64,000 nucleotides of DNA from Vicugna vicugna. Lineage: Eukaryota. Both the position numbers and the translations under genes were made by a program. Below the pieces are notes generated by a model. That model worked only from the letters and a program-made list of their open reading frames with translations. It was not told the DNA's origin and searched no databases. This document shows, piece by piece, positions 59,615 to 64,000 of the stretch. The stretch covers positions 2,578,948 to 2,642,947 of the forward strand of contig MU059820.1 in the NCBI GenBank assembly GCA_013265495.1, written 5' to 3'. The number at the start of each line of letters is the position of its first letter. Positions within the stretch are counted from its first letter, which is position 1.

Positions 59615-60600
59615 TCTCCCAGTTTTATGGAGAAATATTTGACATACGCACTGTGTAAGTTTAAGGTGTACAGCATGGCGGCTTGATTTACGCACATATA
59701 CTGTACAGTGATTATTGCAAAAGGTGGATATTAAGCCCTTATGAAATATATGGTTTGCAAATAGTTTTTACTTGTTCTATAGGTTTTTATTTCGCTTTGT
59801 TGATGGTTTCTTTCGCCGCAGGAAAATTTTTAGTTTGATGTAGCTCTGCTGGTTTGTTTTATTTTATTACTCGTACTTTAGGTGACATATTAAAAATGAT
59901 CATTTGCCAGAATTCATGTGCGGGGGTTTTAGTCTTATGTTTTCTTCTAGGAGTTTCATGGTTTCAGGTCTAACTTAAGTCTTTGCTCAATTTTAAGTCA
60001 GTATTTGTGAGTGGAATAAGATAGGAGTCCAGTTTCACTCTTTTACATGTGAATATGCAGTCATCTCAGAACCACCTTTCAAAGAGATCATCTTTTCTCC
60101 GCTGAGCATCCTTGGCTCCCCCATCAGAAGCTAGTCGACCATATATGTTTCGGTTTCTTTCTGGGCTCTCAGTTACGTTCCATGGATCCATGTGTCTGTC
60201 TCTATGTTTGCACTTCACTGTTTTGATTATTTCAGGGTAACTTGAAATCAGGGAGTGTGCTTTTTCCTGCTTTGTTCTTCTCCTCAGGGTTTCTTAAATT
60301 ATTTGGAGTCTTTTGTGGTTCCATACAAATTTTAGGAGTGTATTTCCTTATTCTGTAAAAACGCTGTTGGAGTTTTGATAGAGATTGTGTTGAACATATA
60401 GATGGCTTTTGGTTGCACTGAAATTTTAGCAATATGAATTCTTCCAGTCCGTGAACACGAGTACCTTGCCATCGATGTGTGTCTTCTTTGATTTCTTTCA
60501 CCAACATCTTGTAGTTTTGAAACTGGAGAGCTTTCACCTGCTTGGTTAAATTTATTCCTAAGTATTTTATTGTTTTCAATGCCATTGTAAATGGGAAGAA
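59615..60600 (-). mobile_element. L1 (L1MA9/10-like 3' end plus ORF2 3' part, internally deleted)
   Basis: actgtgtaagtttaaggtgtacagcatgg; ttctaggagtttcatggtttcaggtc; aaatttattcctaagtatttt; ORF 60232..60624 gives L1 ORF2-like [13 protein letters not shown]. Confidence 0.85.
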
Positions 60601-60924
60601 AGTGCTTTTTAAAATCTCTGACATCGCTGGGTTTCCACGTTAAGAAAAACTGAGAAGTGTCGATTACTTTTTACTTGCAATGGTGAAAACGGGAATTGCA
60701 CGACAGGAATATTAGAGATCTCCTTGCCTGGGTGGACAAAATAACCATCCCCAACGAGCAGCAGTGAACATTCTGTACTTCTGGGTAAGGCACCCTGAGA
60801 AGGAGAAATCACCACTGTGTAGAATTTAAGCCAGAGATGTATTATCTCAATCTAAGCACAAGAAAACATCAAAGACACCCACTTCGATCAACTATTTAAA
60901 AAACAAATGACTTATATTTTCTAA

Positions 60925-61415
60925 AAACGGGAAAGCCATGATAAAGAAAGCCTGAGAAAATGTTCTAGATGAAACAGTCTAGAGACATGGTCAATGAGTG
61001 CAACACGTGATCCTAAACTGGCTCCTCTCCTGGAAGGGAAAATTGTACAAAGGGCGTTTTTGGACAATGGAGAACACTAGAATATAGTCTATATTTACAT
61101 CAAAGTATTTTAACCATGTGAATTTCCTGAACTGTTTATTTTAGAAAGAATATCCTTGTTCATAGGAAACACACATTGAAGTATTAGGAGGTAAAGAGGA
61201 ATGATGTACGAAATCTACTTTCAAAAGTTCCAGAGAAACTTGTGTGTGTACAAAGCCATTTACCACGAGACTCTGGGAGAGAGAATATAATGAGACTAAT
61301 GTAGCAAAATGTTAAAAATGGATGAATCTGAGTAAATAGCCCATGGGAATGCTCTGAATTATTCTTGCAATATTTTTGTAAATTCAATACTATTATGAAA
61401 TGCAAAGTTTTTAAA
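60925..61415 (+). mobile_element. L1MC-class 3' UTR fragment
   Basis: ccttgttcataggaaacacacattgaagtatt, atgtagcaaaatgttaaaaa, tattcttgcaatatttttgtaaatt. Confidence 0.65.
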
Positions 61416-62334
61416 AATTCAGGAAGCTGCTAAGCATTGATGAGTAAACCCGGGTCCCAGGTTTGGAGACCTCAGGCTGTCATTAACGCTCTAGATGGAA
61501 GTGAGCTGCTGTGCGGATGAGCTGAGACAGACACACGTGGCTTAGCAGGAGAGGGGAAGATGAGGACACAGGTTCCTCTTTTGCTGCTGAAATTTAGCTT
61601 CTGTAGGCTTTGTTGGGGACAGCAGCACAGGGGACAAGAAGTAGACAGGCACTTGGTGCCAGTGAATCTGGTTCTTCTTGAAACTGAGCTCCCTGGGAGA
61701 CTGGGATTGTCCAGTAAGAGGTCAGCACCTTCCCAACCTGGGCATTTTATGGATTATAATACAATATGAAAATGCAAATTGTTGTCATGAAGGAAGGTGT
61801 CCCATAACATGCTGGAGTTATTGCCTCCCCCAAGTCCAGTGTCAGTCCCAGCATCAGACCAAGAGCGGAGACGCTGGAAAACGTCATGGCTGAGGCATCT
61901 GTCCAGGTGCCAGGCATTGAGGCGGTCAGTTAGGACAACGAGCTAAACTGAAAGAAGCAATCAAGTACTGGTACTCCTACTGCGACAGTCCCAGCAAGGG
62001 ACAGAAAAACTCTCCAGGGTTCCGTCTCCTCCACAGGACGGCACCAGATGGGGGCCAGTTAGACAGAGTGTGATGGTATTTGCCAAGAGGGGAAAGCCAG
62101 GAGTGGGAAAGGACTCGCTCAGAGTGGAGAGAAGTTCCTCCCTTAACCAAGGACCTTGCAGAGCTAGCCGTGGTGGAGGCTCCTGGGCTGGGAATGTGGA
62201 CGTGTGTGCCAGCCTGGCTGGCCTGGGGGCTCAGTCCTTGATGGCAGCCCCCTCTGGAAAAGGGCAGCACACTGCTGGGCACCAACTGATGTGGGGACGG
62301 GAGCTCCCCGCATGAAGTCTGTGGGGCAATGCCT

Positions 62335-62605
62335 TATATCAGTCAGGGCTCCCCAGAGAAACAGAACCCACAGGGTGTGCGGACAGATAGACAGACAGAC
62401 AGATAAGGATTATTGTAAGGAATTGGCTCATGTAATTATGAAGGTTGAGAAGGCCAGACCCAGGAGAACCAATGACACAATTCCAGCCCAAGTCTGAAGG
62501 CCTGAGAACCAGGAGAGCTGATGTTGGGGGTACCAGCCAAAGGCTGAGTCCAAAGGCAGGAGAAGCCAGAGTCCCATTGTGAAGACAGGCAGGCAGAGAG
62601 CCTAC
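62335..62605 (-). mobile_element. ERVL LTR 3' part, MLT2-like
   Basis: cagtcagggctccccagagaaacagaacc, taaggaattggctcatgtaattatgaagg, ccaagtctgaaggcctgagaaccagg. Confidence 0.8.
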
Positions 62606-63317
62606 ATCTGACCTGCAAAAGCACACATAGGACTGTGGCCTGGACCTGGACTCCTTACATTGTCTGAGGAAGGAAATCCAGCCAAGTTGGAGACCGTTCT
62701 CCTTCAGGTGATGGTGGGTTGCACTTTCTCCTCATAGAAGTCCAGTAAGGATGTGGGAACCACAGCTGCAAGGCTCACACCCAGACCTTCTTGGCCCCGG
62801 GAAGCAGGCTGCCCTCCGCGTGTGCACAGGGTGGCGTAAGCGCCTTGCTGGCGCTCGGCGTGCTGGCGCCTGTGTGAGCGTCTCCTGGCTTCACCCCTTT
62901 CCTCTGCTGGCTTCTGCAGGACACTTGCTGTGACACTTCAGGGAACTCGGAGTGGGCGTGCGCGCTTGAGTCTGCCCTGCACCAACGTTTGTAGCCCCCC
63001 GCGAGGGACCACCACCTGCTGAGGTGTGCTGATTCCTCCACGGGACGGTCCTAAAGCTCCAGGCCAGTGCAGGGGGGGAGGCAAAAACCACGGCTTGGTG
63101 AAACAGAGATGGACTCCGCAGGCATTCTCAAGACGTAATTTAAATTCACTCCACAACAGGGGAGCTAGGAAAGGGAAGGCAGAGCCCAGCTAAGAGCAGG
63201 GGTGGGATCCTGATTTAAAGAATCATAGGGATGGTGGGTAAGAGCCACAGAAGACGGCAGCCAATCACGCTTTCAGGAGAAGAAAGGATATTCCTGGGCA
63301 ACTATTTAAGGTCATTG

Positions 63318-63499
63318 CACTATATATATAAAAATAGATAAAAAACACAGGGAACTATATTCAATACCTTTTAATAACCTTCAGTGAAAAAGAATATGAA
63401 AATGAATATATGTATGTATATGTGTGACTGGGATATGACGCTGTACACCAGAAATGGATACGTTGTAACTGATCACATTTCAATTAAAAAAATAAAATG
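63318..63499 (+). mobile_element. Short cetartiodactyl/camelid L1 3'-end insertion
   Basis: cacagggaactatattcaatacc...gaaaaagaatatgaaaatgaatatatgtatg...gctgtacaccagaaat; A-tail; TSD-like aaggtcattg 63308-63317 / aaggttattg 63500-63509. Confidence 0.8.
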
Positions 63500-63569
63500 A
63501 AGGTTATTGTGCAATTAAAGTCCAGAGACACACCAGCCTAGGCTGACACTGGCTCCCAACAGTGCTCAG

Positions 63570-63700
63570 CAGCTTCGGAACCTCAGGCAGGGCACTCAAA
63601 CTAAACTGTAACTCAGTCTCCTCGTGTGTGTCTTGGTGAATTTCATGGTATGGCTTTCATCGAGCTGTTGAGAGGATTAAATAAGATGGTACTAATTAAA
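63570..63700 (+). mobile_element. MIR fragment
   Basis: aacctcaggcagggcactc...ctcagtctcctc...ctgttgagaggattaaataagat. Confidence 0.55.
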
Positions 63701-63739
63701 GCATGAGATGGTTTGGATCCATTCTGAGGGCTCAAAATA

Positions 63740-63880
63740 TATTTACATATTACATGTCTGTACACTTACAGATACATGCATGTATATCGTGTGTCACATA
63801 TGCAAGTAAATTCATACACATACATGCACGTTTATTATATATTGCGTATGCAAGTGTATCTATACATACATACATACATA
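63740..63880. repeat. (TACA/TGCA)-rich low-complexity repeat
   Basis: acatattacatgtctgtacacttacagatacatgcatg...catacatacatacata. Confidence 0.75.
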
Positions 63881-64000
63881 TCGTGGTGAAGTGCATTTGT
63901 AGTGAAAGTAGAATGAATCTATTTTGCATGTAGACAGTAGACATTTGTCCAAACTTTAAAAGAAATTATACATTGAAAAATGACTTTTCTTTAGCCATGA

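Noticed and set aside
1-64000. CRISPR arrays, operons, NUMTs, rRNA or processed pseudogenes
   Set aside because: No regularly spaced repeats, mitochondrial-like segments or intronless decayed gene copies were recognisable; the sequence is eukaryotic intronic/intergenic DNA

Overview
Mammalian (eutherian) genomic DNA, very likely camelid: it holds a tRNA-Ala(AGC)-derived SINE and L1 3' ends of the camel/alpaca type. I find no supportable protein-coding exon, rRNA, functional tRNA or CRISPR array. The ORF-track entries come from simple repeats, decayed L1, GC-rich sequence or chance. The window centres on a CpG-island promoter (~30.7-32.1 kb). A near-consensus minus-strand splice donor at 30882/30881 suggests a first (or early) exon of a gene running toward lower coordinates. 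On that reading 1-30.9 kb is intronic, with scattered ancient repeats (MER5A, MER58, MIR, L2, L3, MLT1/MLT2). The upstream 40-64 kb is a dense nested stack of L1, LTR and hAT elements, with two N gaps inside a young L1. I do not recognise the gene well enough to name it. Repeat family names are from recalled consensus similarity, not a database search, and most boundaries are approximate. I did not find a convincing new biological system. The best leads are: (1) a 39-nt locally templated insertion inside an LTR41-like LTR, copied from 1.6 kb away; (2) a chain of overlapping uORFs in the candidate leader, with an internal acceptor that could splice most of them out; (3) a cluster of plus-strand splice signals attached to an MLT2 LTR (possible antisense transcript); (4) an isolated perfect 15-bp hairpin.
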